A stretch of DNA of 63,898 nt, the filler included, from an uncultured bacterium (lineage in GTDB: Bacteria; DYJV01): NCBI GenBank assembly GCA_964543655.1. It is 9 parts of 9 records of this genome, joined end to end, with 100 filler letters (N's around TTAATTAATTAA, not from the genome) between each part and the next. Parts side by side here need not be neighbours in the genome. Positions count along the whole stretch, not along the records: positions 1 to 5,059 come from CAZIZE010000002.1; positions 5,160 to 18,496 come from CAZIZE010000003.1; 7 more parts are not named here. The stretch is one strand, 5' to 3'. The notes under the pieces were generated by a model, which saw only the letters and a list, made by a program, of their open reading frames with translations, was not told the DNA's origin and did no database searches. The position numbers and the translations under genes are program-made. Numbering within the stretch: the first letter of the stretch is position 1; every line of letters starts with the position of its first letter. Of this stretch, positions 1 to 8,781 are shown piece after piece.

Positions 1-146
1 AACTTATGGATTCTTCAGTCGCTATGCTCCTTCAGAAGAACTTCGAAAAAGTCATTCTGAGCAAAGCTAAGAATCCATTATAACTACTTACTTTTATTTA
101 CTTATCTATTGGATTAATTTTTATCATTTTTTACTGTGCAAAGGTC
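1..146. mobile_element. MITE-like element C, right part (left end outside window); terminus TACTGTGCAAAGGTC, internal REP-like inverted pair
   Basis: 132-146 is the reverse complement of GACCTTTGCACAGTA at 15045-15059. 1-80 aligns with 15098-15178. ATGGATTCTT (6-15) pairs with AAGAATCCAT (69-78). Confidence 0.6.
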
Positions 147-149
147 TTA

Positions 150-196
150 AAACAATTTAAGAATGTTGCAAATGTTATTTCAAATGAAAAGTTGTA
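150..196 (-). repeat. Partial copy of MITE-like repeat B
   Basis: Reverse complement TACAACTTTTCATTTGAAATAACATTTGCAACATTCTTAAATTG matches the start of the copies at 14956 and 19516. Flanked by TTA (147-149, 197-199). Confidence 0.6.
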
Positions 197-200
197 TTAT

Positions 201-1043
201 TTACACCTCTAAAAATGTTCCCACTGAAGCATAGAAGAATCTATCTTTTAATAAATTTGCCAATTTTATACATACTTTGAGTCCTGTGCAATGAGAAGCT
301 CCAAATTTTTTAATGTTATATTTCTCAATAAGGTTAATAGTTTTTTTCAAATGCTCTTCTTTTGCAGCTCCAAGATGTGTTCCACCTATAACTGCGTATA
401 TTTCTTTTTCACCAGTTTTCTCTATTGCATAATTTAAAATATTAATTAATCCAGCATGAGCACATCCTAATAAAATAACAAGTCCCTTAGAAGTTTTTAC
501 CACTATTGATAAATCATCTTTAATGTAATCCTGTTGAAATAAACCATTTTCCAATTTAATTTTCATATCTGGTTCTAACATTTCAAAATTTGAGTCTCTG
601 CTAACTTCACCTGTTATAAAAATATTTTTATCAATTTCTTTAAATTCTTTATAAAACTCAAATTTAGCACCTAATCTTTCTAAAAATTCTCTTTTATATG
701 GTATTCCAATGAATTTAGGAGAATTATTTTTACTCACTCTAAATCTATTTGCAAAAATATCTGGATGAGCAATTATTTTCAAAGGAGATTTTTTCATTAA
801 AACTTGTGGGATTCCAAGAGTATGGTCATAATGTCCATGAGATATAACTAAAAATTTAATAGATTTTAAATCTTTTTTTAGAAGAAGAGAATTATTGATA
901 ATTCCTCTTCCCTGACCTGTATCAAATAGAAAATTACCTGTAGGTGTTTCAACAAAAGCAGAAAATCCATGCTCACCTACTGCACCATAATGGATTGATA
1001 CATAATTTTCACATAGAACAGTGATCCTTAATTCCATCTTCAA
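201..1043 (-). CDS. MBL-fold metallo-hydrolase (COG1237-like, dihydropterin-ribofuranosylaminobenzene-P synthase family)
   Basis: GEHGFS, LFDTGQ, SHGHYDHT (HxHxDH), GCAHAG, GGTHL and HCTG motifs. Confidence 0.85.
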   Translation of the reverse strand: MKMELRITVLCENYVSIHYGAVGEHGFSAFVETPTGNFLFDTGQGRGIINNSLLLKKDLKSIKFLVISHGHYDHTLGIPQVLMKKSPLKIIAHPDIFANRFRVSKNNSPKFIGIPYKREFLERLGAKFEFYKEFKEIDKNIFITGEVSRDSNFEMLEPDMKIKLENGLFQQDYIKDDLSIVVKTSKGLVILLGCAHAGLINILNYAIEKTGEKEIYAVIGGTHLGAAKEEHLKKTINLIEKYNIKKFGASHCTGLKVCIKLANLLKDRFFYASVGTFLEV

Positions 1044-1950
1044 ATCCCTCTATTTTTTGCCAGATTACTCCATTTCCAACTGGCAATTTAAAAATTTTTG
1101 AATGAACATTACATTTACACATTAATAAAAAAAACAAATTTTCTGGTAAATTTTTTTCATTTAAAAGACTTTCAAAATTTCCACCACCTTTAGAAATTAT
1201 TAAATCTACTTTATTGAAAATCTCTAAAAATTCTTTTGAACATCTGGATAAAACTGTGCCAGGCAACTGCCCAATTACGCCATTTGATATTAATTCGCAT
1301 ACATCATTTATCCCAATTTCAATTGCTTCCTTAAAAGTAATATCATTTAAAGCAGGTTCATTCCTTGCAGCATAATAGATTTTAATGTTGAAATATTTTT
1401 TCAAAACTTCTATTAATAACTTATCCAACACTGCTTCGCCAGCATTATCTCCAATTATTAAAATACTTTTTGAATTTTCTATAAATTTATAAAGCTTTTC
1501 ATACATTGAATAATTAATCTCAAGTTCATTAATATTTTTGATTAAAAGATTTTCTAAATTTTTATCTGGGCTTTTAGATACCATTACATCAATTGTATTT
1601 CCAAAAATTGAAAGCTTGACAGAATTAAGCAATGGATTATCTGTTTTTAAAATATCAATTTTTAGTTTACTATACACTTGAAGCAATTTTTTGTTTGAAA
1701 GTTTTTTTATATTTTTAAAAATATCTTTTATCCCTGTTTTTTTTGTAACTTTTGTTAAAACATATTCAACAACTTCAGCACTTGTTATATCCCAGATAAA
1801 ATCTTTTGTGAAAATCTCTGTTATTGACTCTTTAAATATCTCTCTAATAAGCTTATCATTAAATTGAGCTATTCTCATTCCATTTAAAACCATATTTAAA
1901 ATGCACGGAACACAATCCTCTGCAATGACAAATTTATCTATTGTAGCCAT
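1009..1950 (-). CDS. DUF89/ARMT1-like damage-control metal-dependent phosphatase
   Basis: N-terminal DCVPC, GNTID, DNAGE, LND, SKGGGNFESL and KC motifs. Confidence 0.85.
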   Translation of the reverse strand: MATIDKFVIAEDCVPCILNMVLNGMRIAQFNDKLIREIFKESITEIFTKDFIWDITSAEVVEYVLTKVTKKTGIKDIFKNIKKLSNKKLLQVYSKLKIDILKTDNPLLNSVKLSIFGNTIDVMVSKSPDKNLENLLIKNINELEINYSMYEKLYKFIENSKSILIIGDNAGEAVLDKLLIEVLKKYFNIKIYYAARNEPALNDITFKEAIEIGINDVCELISNGVIGQLPGTVLSRCSKEFLEIFNKVDLIISKGGGNFESLLNEKNLPENLFFLLMCKCNVHSKIFKLPVGNGVIWQKIEGFEDGIKDHCSM

Positions 1951-2018
1951 TTTTCTCCTTGTGATTTTTGGTTAATTTTCTGAATAAAGTTTATAAAATA
2001 ATTTTGAAATGTGAATTT

Positions 2019-2693
2019 TTAATAAAACATTAATAATTCTTTAATGCTGTATATAATATGATTAGGATCATGTTTGTAAATTTCTTCAAAACTATTTTCA
2101 CCTTCATCTACAATAATAATTGAAGGAATTTTAGCTTTTTTCGCTGTATAGACATCAGTTAAGCTATCGCCCAAAAAATAGATATTATCCTGTGGCTCTT
2201 TTTTCTTAATTTTATAAAATTTTAAAATTTTTTTTACACCCTCAATACTGGGTTTTAAAAAATTAACATCATCTCTTGATATGGTAATATCAAAAAATAT
2301 TTTTATTTTATATTTATCAAGTATATAATCAAGAGCTTTTCTCCCCACATTTGAGCAGAGTGCAATTTTAACATCTTTTTCACAAAGTTGTTTTAATATA
2401 GTAACAACATCTGATTTTAATCTCCATCTTTTTGCTGCATCTTCATCATAAAAATCATAAATTCTGTCAAAATCATTTATAATCTTTTTTTTTAACATTG
2501 GATTTTCAATATTTTTTTGAAAATAATTATACAATTTTGAATAATTTAATCTTTTTAATTTGGTTATAGGAAGTCCTAAATTATAATTAATATTATATCC
2601 TTTAATAATTTTACACATTTCATCCATTGATTCTTTCAACTTCCATTGAAAGTCCACAAGAGTTCCTTCTAAATCTGAGATTAATAGATTCAT
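2019..2693 (-). CDS. HAD-superfamily hydrolase (phosphoglycolate phosphatase-like)
   Basis: DLEGTLVD motif I (second Asp replaced by Glu), CSN motif II, KP motif III, GDSLTD motif IV. Confidence 0.8.
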   Translation of the reverse strand: MNLLISDLEGTLVDFQWKLKESMDEMCKIIKGYNINYNLGLPITKLKRLNYSKLYNYFQKNIENPMLKKKIINDFDRIYDFYDEDAAKRWRLKSDVVTILKQLCEKDVKIALCSNVGRKALDYILDKYKIKIFFDITISRDDVNFLKPSIEGVKKILKFYKIKKKEPQDNIYFLGDSLTDVYTAKKAKIPSIIIVDEGENSFEEIYKHDPNHIIYSIKELLMFY

Positions 2694-3415
2694 CTAACAC
2701 CTCCACACAGATAGCAATTTTCATCTCTTTGAATCTGTGTAATTCTAAATTGCATTGAATAAAGATCAATAAATAAAAATTTATTTGTGAGAAGATTACC
2801 AAATTTCCCACAATATTTTAATGCTTCTGCTGCCTGAATAATGCCTAAAATACCTGGAATAGGACCAAAAACCGCTGATTTGGAGCTATCCTTTTTAAAA
2901 TTTTTAAAAATACATCTTAAACATGCGGATTTCTCTGGAATCACAGTAATAGTACTACCTGCATAATTATTAATTCCTGCATGATTAAAAGGTTTTCTCA
3001 ATTCTACACAAGCATCATTTATTAAAAGTTTTGTTTCAATATTATCAACAGCATCAATTACAAAATCATAATCTTTGATTATATCTCTAATATTGTCATT
3101 GTTTAATTTTAATTTAAATGATTCTATTTGAACATCAGGATTTATTTTAGCTATTTTTTCTCTCGCTACTGATACTTTATCATTGTTTATATCATTAATA
3201 TCATATAAGATTTGTCTATTAAGATTGGTAATGTCAATAGTATCAAAATCAACTATACCAAGTTTTCCAATTCCATTTGCAGCAAGATAAATTATAGCAG
3301 GTGAGCCAAGTCCACCTGCACCAATTACAATTACAGAGGATTTAAAAATTAATTTTTGTGATTCCTCATCATATTTAGGAAGTAAAAAATGTCTCTCAAA
3401 TCTTTTTAAGTTCAT
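2690..3415 (-). CDS. ThiF/MoeB/HesA-family adenylyltransferase
   Basis: GAGGLG, TNLNRQ, DAVDN, and CLRC/CYLC zinc pairs. Confidence 0.9.
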   Translation of the reverse strand: MNLKRFERHFLLPKYDEESQKLIFKSSVIVIGAGGLGSPAIIYLAANGIGKLGIVDFDTIDITNLNRQILYDINDINNDKVSVAREKIAKINPDVQIESFKLKLNNDNIRDIIKDYDFVIDAVDNIETKLLINDACVELRKPFNHAGINNYAGSTITVIPEKSACLRCIFKNFKKDSSKSAVFGPIPGILGIIQAAEALKYCGKFGNLLTNKFLFIDLYSMQFRITQIQRDENCYLCGGVR

Positions 3416-3619
3416 CTATCCACTTGCAAAAAGATAAATATATTCCAACTCATCTCCATCTTTTAATTTATATTTTTCATAATGTTCAAAATCTATCTTT
3501 TTTTTATTTACATATACTTCCACGCATACTGGTTCCACTATATCTTCTAAATAAAAAAGATCTAAAATTGTTGAATTTTCTTTTATTTCTTTAGTTTTAC
3601 CATTTAATTTTATGATCAT
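3416..3619 (-). CDS. ThiS/MoaD-family sulfur carrier with atypical C-terminus (...FASG)
   Basis: 67 aa beta-grasp pattern (IKLNG...VYVN...LKDGDELE), immediately upstream of the ThiF-like gene. Confidence 0.8.
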   Translation of the reverse strand: MIIKLNGKTKEIKENSTILDLFYLEDIVEPVCVEVYVNKKKIDFEHYEKYKLKDGDELEYIYLFASG

Positions 3620-3671
3620 CAGTTAAACCTTTTAACATGTTCAAAATGTAATAATTTTAAAACTACTTTTT

Positions 3672-3750
3672 GTTCATATCTCAATGTGAAAAAATGCTTT
3701 AATTACAACAGGTTAAAAATATTACAAAGTCATTTCAAGTAAAAAGAATA
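3672..3750 (-). repeat. Degenerate copy of repeat B
   Basis: Reverse complement TACTTGAAATGACTTTGTAATATTTTTAACCTGTTGTAATTAAAG resembles 19526-19571; the ends are approximate. Confidence 0.5.
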
Positions 3751-3792
3751 TTATGAAAATTGCTATATTACAATAGATTTTTTAATGGTTTT

Positions 3793-4170
3793 TTAATCAG
3801 TTACAAATGTAATAGCCCCAGTTGGGCATGATTTAACGCATTCAGGATCACCACCGCATAACCAGCAATGAACAACTTTTCCATTATATTCAAATATTGC
3901 ATTAAATGGACAATCCTCTATTCTTTTTAAATTTTCCCAGAAAAATTTGCCTCTTTCAGCTTCATCAAAATCTTTTCCTTCAGATTTCAGGCAATTCATC
4001 TTTTTACATTGCCTGCACACAACTGGCTCATGAGGTTCTATAGAGAGATCATTTACATTTACTCTAATAGCACTCCCGTTTCTATCAACATACCCAAGAT
4101 TTGCAATAGAACAAGAAACTTCACAAAGTAAACACCCTGTACATTTATCTTTATTTATTTTTATTTTCAT
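3793..4170 (-). CDS. 4Fe-4S dicluster protein, AOR electron-transfer partner
   Basis: CTGCLLCEVSC, CRQC, CPFNAI and CWLC...CVKSCP; start overlaps the AOR stop. Confidence 0.85.
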   Translation of the reverse strand: MKIKINKDKCTGCLLCEVSCSIANLGYVDRNGSAIRVNVNDLSIEPHEPVVCRQCKKMNCLKSEGKDFDEAERGKFFWENLKRIEDCPFNAIFEYNGKVVHCWLCGGDPECVKSCPTGAITFVTD

Positions 4171-5059
4171 TAGTTTCTGCCTCCTTCTAATTCCAATATT
4201 TTGTCAAGTTCAAGTTCCTTTAATCTATTTTCAGGAACAATACCATTGTTATCCCAACCATGTAATTGATAATACTCATCAAGAAGTTGCTCAAATTTAT
4301 CTCTAAGCACTCTTATACCTTTTGTTGGACCATCTGGAATAGGTTGATCAAAATAAAGATCTGGTAAATAATCATCCTTTCTTGTAATTCCACGTTGATT
4401 TATATAAAATCTTTCAAGAGTGTAAATCCTTTCACCAAGAATGGCAAGCTCTTTATCTGATATGTCTAAATCAATAGCTGTTTTTAAAAGTTTTGATATA
4501 TCAATATATCCAATAGAGCTAATGCTTGAAAAAATACCTGCAAATCTACACAGTCCAATTGAATCAACAACAGCATTAAAAATCTCATGCCACCAAACCA
4601 TTCTTGCTTTTCCAGTGTAATCTTTAAAATCTTTACCAACATCACCACCATAAAATTCAGCTAAAATTTCTCTTGGATAAGGGACAACATCAATTGAGGC
4701 TCTACTTCTCATGTGACATGTGCCTCTTGTAGCAACAGCAAGACCAAATGCAAAAACTATTACAGGTCTTTCATCAGTCATTTCAATTGATACATTTTTA
4801 ATTGCAAGAAGTTCTTCTTTGGCCCTTGGATCTGGTAATTTTTTATATGCAAGACTACCTTCAGCAGCAATTTCTCCAAAACCTCTTTTATATGCAATAT
4901 CTGTTAATAATTTTTCAATAGCGTCATGATCTCCCCATTGAAGAGGATAACCAACGTCTTTTTCAGTTATTATTCCTTCCTGATATAGTTTAAAGAAATA
5001 TCCAAGATAATCACCACCTGAAATAGTATCAATTCCATATCTATTACAAAGTTCATTTA
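4170..5059 (-). CDS. aor: Aldehyde:ferredoxin oxidoreductase (W/Mo), C-terminal part, 5'-truncated by contig end
   Basis: Frame is open from the contig edge: NELCNRYGIDTISGG...QWGD...TRGTCH...DSIGLC...DDYLP...YYQLHGWD. Confidence 0.9.
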
Positions 5060-5159
5060 NNNNNNNNNNNNNNNNNNNNNNNNNNNNNNNNNNNNNNNNN
5101 NNNTTAATTAATTAANNNNNNNNNNNNNNNNNNNNNNNNNNNNNNNNNNNNNNNNNNNN
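5060..5159. other. Artificial contig linker; identical linkers at 18497-18596, 29118-29217, 35338-35437, 43726-43825, 49510-49609, 59142-59241, 61574-61673
   Basis: 100-nt N runs with a central TTAATTAATTAA that has stops in all six frames. Confidence 0.99.
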
Positions 5160-5243
5160 ATTGCAAATTTACAAAGTTTAAAAGAGGATATATTAAGTTA
5201 CAAAAAAAGGATCCTTGAAAAACTTCTTGAAGAGGAAAAGTGA
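5160..5243 (+). CDS. C-terminal fragment of a helical protein, possibly a MerR-family (LiuR-like) regulator
   Basis: Reads IANLQSLKEDILSYKKRILEKLLEEEK*, like the MerR dimerisation coiled coil, upstream of an acyl-CoA cluster. Only 27 aa are visible. Confidence 0.4.
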   Translation: MANLQSLKEDILSYKKRILEKLLEEEK

Positions 5244-5249
5244 ATATAG

Positions 5250-5385
5250 AGTAGGTGTAGTTAGTAGTTAGTAGTTGGTAATTGGTAGATAATTGGTAGT
5301 GGATGGAGGTTAACTATTTGGAATTAATGACTATCAACAACTAATAACTGTTAACTAATAACTGATAACTGATAACTAATAACCA
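5250..5385. repeat. Two blocks of degenerate heptamer tandem repeats
   Basis: TAGTTAG/TAGTTGG/TAATTGG block, then CTAATAA/CTGTTAA/CTGATAA block. Confidence 0.7.
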
Positions 5386-5402
5386 AAAAGGGGGGTTTAT
5401 AT

Positions 5403-6584
5403 ATGGAAAAAGTTGTTATAGTTTCAGCCTGTAGAACTGCTATAGGGAATTTCAATGGTGCACTATCAGGTTTTTCAGCTACTGATCTTGGTGCAATGGC
5501 AATTGAAGAAGCAGTTAAAAGGGCAGATATTGAAAAAAACATGGTAGATGAAGTTATTATGGGTAATGTTTTACCATGTGGACTTGGACAAAACCCTGGT
5601 AGACAGGCAATGATAAAAGCTGGTCTCCCTATGGAGGGTGGTGCAATTACAGTTAATAAAGTTTGTGGTTCTGGTTTAAAATCTGTTATGCTTGCTGAGC
5701 AGGCAATAAAATGTGGCGACGCTGAAATAGTAGTTGCAGGTGGTATGGAAAGTATGACAAATGCACCATACTACCTTGATAAAGCCAGAAATGGCTATAG
5801 AATGGGTCCTGGTAAAATTGAAGATCATATGGTTCATGATGGTTTATGGGATATTGTAAATGATTTTCATATGGGTTACACAGCAGAGCTTATGAAAGAA
5901 AAATTTAATATTTCAACTGAGGAGATGAATGAATTTTCAGTTGAATCTAATGAAAAAGCTCTTGCTGCCATTGAGCAAGGCAAATTTGATGAGGAGATTT
6001 TTCCTATTACAGTGCCTCAGAGAAAAGGTGACCCCATAATTTTTAAAAGAGATGAGGGACCAAGAAAAACCTCAGTTGAAATTATATCAAAATTAAAACC
6101 AGCTTTTAAAAAAGATGGGACAGTAAATGCTGGAAATGCTTCAAAAATAAGTGATGGTGCAGCTGCTGTTGTTGTAATGAGTGAGAAAAAAGCAAAAGAA
6201 TTAGGTCTTAAACCTCTTGCTTCAATTGTTGCGCAGGGTGCTGCTGGAAGAATATTAGAAGAAGTTCTTGTTACACCAATAAGCTCAATTCCAAAAGTGT
6301 GTAAAAAAGCAGGATTAAAAGTTTCTGACATAGATTTACATGAAATAAATGAAGCATTTGCAGTAACTTCAGTTGCTATTGTTAAGGAACTTGGTATAGA
6401 TTTTAAAAAGGTAAATGTTCATGGTGGTGCTGTTGCACTTGGTCATCCAATTGGTGCAAGTGGCGCAAGGGTTCTTGTTACATTAATCTCTGCAATGAAA
6501 GATAGAGGCGCAAAATATGGAATGGCATCTCTATGCCTTGGTGGTGGAGAAGCAGTATCATTATTAATTGAAAATTATGAATAA
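5403..6584 (+). CDS. Acetyl-CoA C-acetyltransferase (thiolase) 1
   Basis: NKVCGSG catalytic Cys, NEAF, GHPIGASG, CLGGG. Confidence 0.95.
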   Translation: MEKVVIVSACRTAIGNFNGALSGFSATDLGAMAIEEAVKRADIEKNMVDEVIMGNVLPCGLGQNPGRQAMIKAGLPMEGGAITVNKVCGSGLKSVMLAEQAIKCGDAEIVVAGGMESMTNAPYYLDKARNGYRMGPGKIEDHMVHDGLWDIVNDFHMGYTAELMKEKFNISTEEMNEFSVESNEKALAAIEQGKFDEEIFPITVPQRKGDPIIFKRDEGPRKTSVEIISKLKPAFKKDGTVNAGNASKISDGAAAVVVMSEKKAKELGLKPLASIVAQGAAGRILEEVLVTPISSIPKVCKKAGLKVSDIDLHEINEAFAVTSVAIVKELGIDFKKVNVHGGAVALGHPIGASGARVLVTLISAMKDRGAKYGMASLCLGGGEAVSLLIENYE

Positions 6585-6600
6585 ATATTGGGAGGAAAAA

Positions 6601-7878
6601 ATGAAAGAGGTAGTAATTGTTTCAGCATGTAGAACTGCTATTGGCAATTTTGGCGGCACATTAAAAGATATACCAGTTGTTACCCTTGGTGCAACTGTTA
6701 TTAGAAATGTTCTTGAAAGAGTTCAGCTAAGACCTGTTACATCAGAGGAGTTAAAGGCTCTTGGTCCAGAATCTTTAAAAGGTGAATCATGCCCTGTTGA
6801 AGATGAAAATTATAAATGGGATGAATCTTTTAAGCCTGTTCAAATTGATGAAGTTATTATGGGAAATGTTGTTCCTGCTGGACAGGGGCAAAACACAGCA
6901 AGACAGGCAACAATAAAAGCAGGTATGCCTAAAGAAGTGGGTGCTTTTACCATAAACAAAGTTTGTGCTTCAGGAATGAAAGCAGTTGCACTTGGATTTC
7001 AAGCAATTCAGGCAGGAGAAGCAGAAGTGGTAATTGCTGGTGGTATGGAAAATATGAGCCAGATACCTTTTGCATTTCCAAAAGGTAGATGGGGTGCAAG
7101 GATGTTTAATGCAGAAATGGTAGATCTTATGGTGCACGACGGTTTATGGGAAATATTTTATGGTTATCACATGGGTGTTACTGCTGAAAATATAGCTGAA
7201 AAATATGGTATATCAAGAGAAGAGCAAGATAAACTTGGACTTGAAAGTCACAACAGAGCATTAAAAGCTATTGAAGATGGTATTTTCAAAGAAGAAATTG
7301 TACCTGTTGAAGTGCCTCAAAGGAAAAAAGACCCAATTATCTTTGATACAGATGAAAGGCCAATGAAAACAACACTTGAAAAAATGGCAAAACTCCCTGC
7401 TGTGTTCAAAAAAGGTGGCACAGTTACAGCTGGTAATGCATCTGGTATAAATGATGCTGCTGCTGCACTTCTTTTAATGACAAGAGAAAAAGCAGAAAGT
7501 CTTGGACTTGAACCTCTTGCTACAATAAAAGGATACGATTATGGTGCTATTGACCCTGCTTATATGGGTTTGGGACCAATTCCTGCTATTAACAAACTTT
7601 TCAAAAAACTCAATCTTACAATGAATGATATAGACCTTATCGAATTAAATGAAGCTTTTGCAGCTCAGGCACTTGGCTGTATTAGAGAGCTTAAGTGCGA
7701 TCTTGAAAAAACCAATATTTACGGCAGTGGAATTTCACTTGGTCACCCAATTGGAGCAAGTGGTGCAAGAATCCTCGTAACTCTTCTCTATGGAATGAAG
7801 AGAAATAACTTAAAAAGAGGTCTTGCTTCACTCTGTATTGGTGGTGGTCAAGGTGCTGCTATGGTTATTGAAAGATAA
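6601..7878 (+). CDS. Acetyl-CoA C-acetyltransferase (thiolase) 2 with ~34-aa N-terminal insertion
   Basis: GGAGG RBS before ATG 6601; NKVCASG, NEAF, GHPIGASG, CIGGG. Confidence 0.95.
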   Translation: MKEVVIVSACRTAIGNFGGTLKDIPVVTLGATVIRNVLERVQLRPVTSEELKALGPESLKGESCPVEDENYKWDESFKPVQIDEVIMGNVVPAGQGQNTARQATIKAGMPKEVGAFTINKVCASGMKAVALGFQAIQAGEAEVVIAGGMENMSQIPFAFPKGRWGARMFNAEMVDLMVHDGLWEIFYGYHMGVTAENIAEKYGISREEQDKLGLESHNRALKAIEDGIFKEEIVPVEVPQRKKDPIIFDTDERPMKTTLEKMAKLPAVFKKGGTVTAGNASGINDAAAALLLMTREKAESLGLEPLATIKGYDYGAIDPAYMGLGPIPAINKLFKKLNLTMNDIDLIELNEAFAAQALGCIRELKCDLEKTNIYGSGISLGHPIGASGARILVTLLYGMKRNNLKRGLASLCIGGGQGAAMVIER

Positions 7879-7912
7879 GAATTGTAAAATTTAAAAGAAA
7901 GGGAGGTATAAA

Positions 7913-8764
7913 ATGGAAGTTAAAACATTTGGAGTTGTTGGTGCAGGCCAGATGGGTAATGGTATAGCTCAGGTAGCTGCTCAGGCTGGTATGAATGTTA
8001 TTATGAGAGATATTAAAGATGAATTTGTTCAAAGAGGGATAAATACTATTACAAAAAATCTTGATAGAGCTGTTAGCAAAGGGAAAATTAGTGAAGATGA
8101 AAAAAATGCAATACTTGGGAGAATTAAAGGTACAGTTGATATGAGCGATTTTAAGGATGCAGATTTTGTTGTGGAAGCAGCTACTGAAAGAGAAGATTTA
8201 AAATTAAACATATTCAAAGAATTAGATGAAATCACAAGAGACGATATTATACTTGCTTCTAACACAAGCTCAATTTCCATTACAAGAATTGCTGCTGCTA
8301 CAAAGAGACCAGATAAAGTTATTGGTATGCATTTTATGAATCCTGTTCCTGTTATGAAGCTTGTGGAAATTATCAGAGGTCTTGCAACAAGTGATGAAAC
8401 TTACAATATTACCAAAACATTAGCAGAAAAAATGGGGAAAACCTGTGCAGAAGCACAAGATTTTCCTGGGTTTATTGCAAATAGAATATTACTTCCAATG
8501 ATAAATGAAGCTATTTACTGTCTTTATGAAGGTGTTGGCACACCAGAAGATATAGACACAGTAATGAAGCTTGGTATGAATCATCCTATGGGACCACTTG
8601 CTCTTGCTGATTTAATAGGCCTTGATACATGTCTTGCAATTATGAATGTGCTCCATGAAGGTCTTGGAGATTCAAAATATAGACCATGTCCTCTACTTAA
8701 AAAATATGTTGATGCTGGATTTCTTGGCAGAAAAACAGGTAGAGGATTTTATGAATATAAATAA
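7913..8764 (+). CDS. hbd: 3-hydroxybutyryl-CoA dehydrogenase
   Basis: GAGQMG Rossmann motif, SNTSS, GMHFMNP, HPMGPL. Confidence 0.95.
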   Translation: MEVKTFGVVGAGQMGNGIAQVAAQAGMNVIMRDIKDEFVQRGINTITKNLDRAVSKGKISEDEKNAILGRIKGTVDMSDFKDADFVVEAATEREDLKLNIFKELDEITRDDIILASNTSSISITRIAAATKRPDKVIGMHFMNPVPVMKLVEIIRGLATSDETYNITKTLAEKMGKTCAEAQDFPGFIANRILLPMINEAIYCLYEGVGTPEDIDTVMKLGMNHPMGPLALADLIGLDTCLAIMNVLHEGLGDSKYRPCPLLKKYVDAGFLGRKTGRGFYEYK

Positions 8765-8781
8765 TTTCAAAGGAGTAAAAT

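Noticed and set aside
4170-4781. AOR, cas1, gspG, livK-like and AAA genes as pseudogenes
   Set aside because: Their frames stay open to the contig edges; the truncation is an assembly effect.
5104-5115. Recurrent TTAATTAATTAA palindrome
   Set aside because: Always embedded in 100-nt N runs; an artificial contig linker.
5351-5542. Short ORF ending in VISYQLSVIS
   Set aside because: Antisense to the thiolase plus translation of heptamer repeats.
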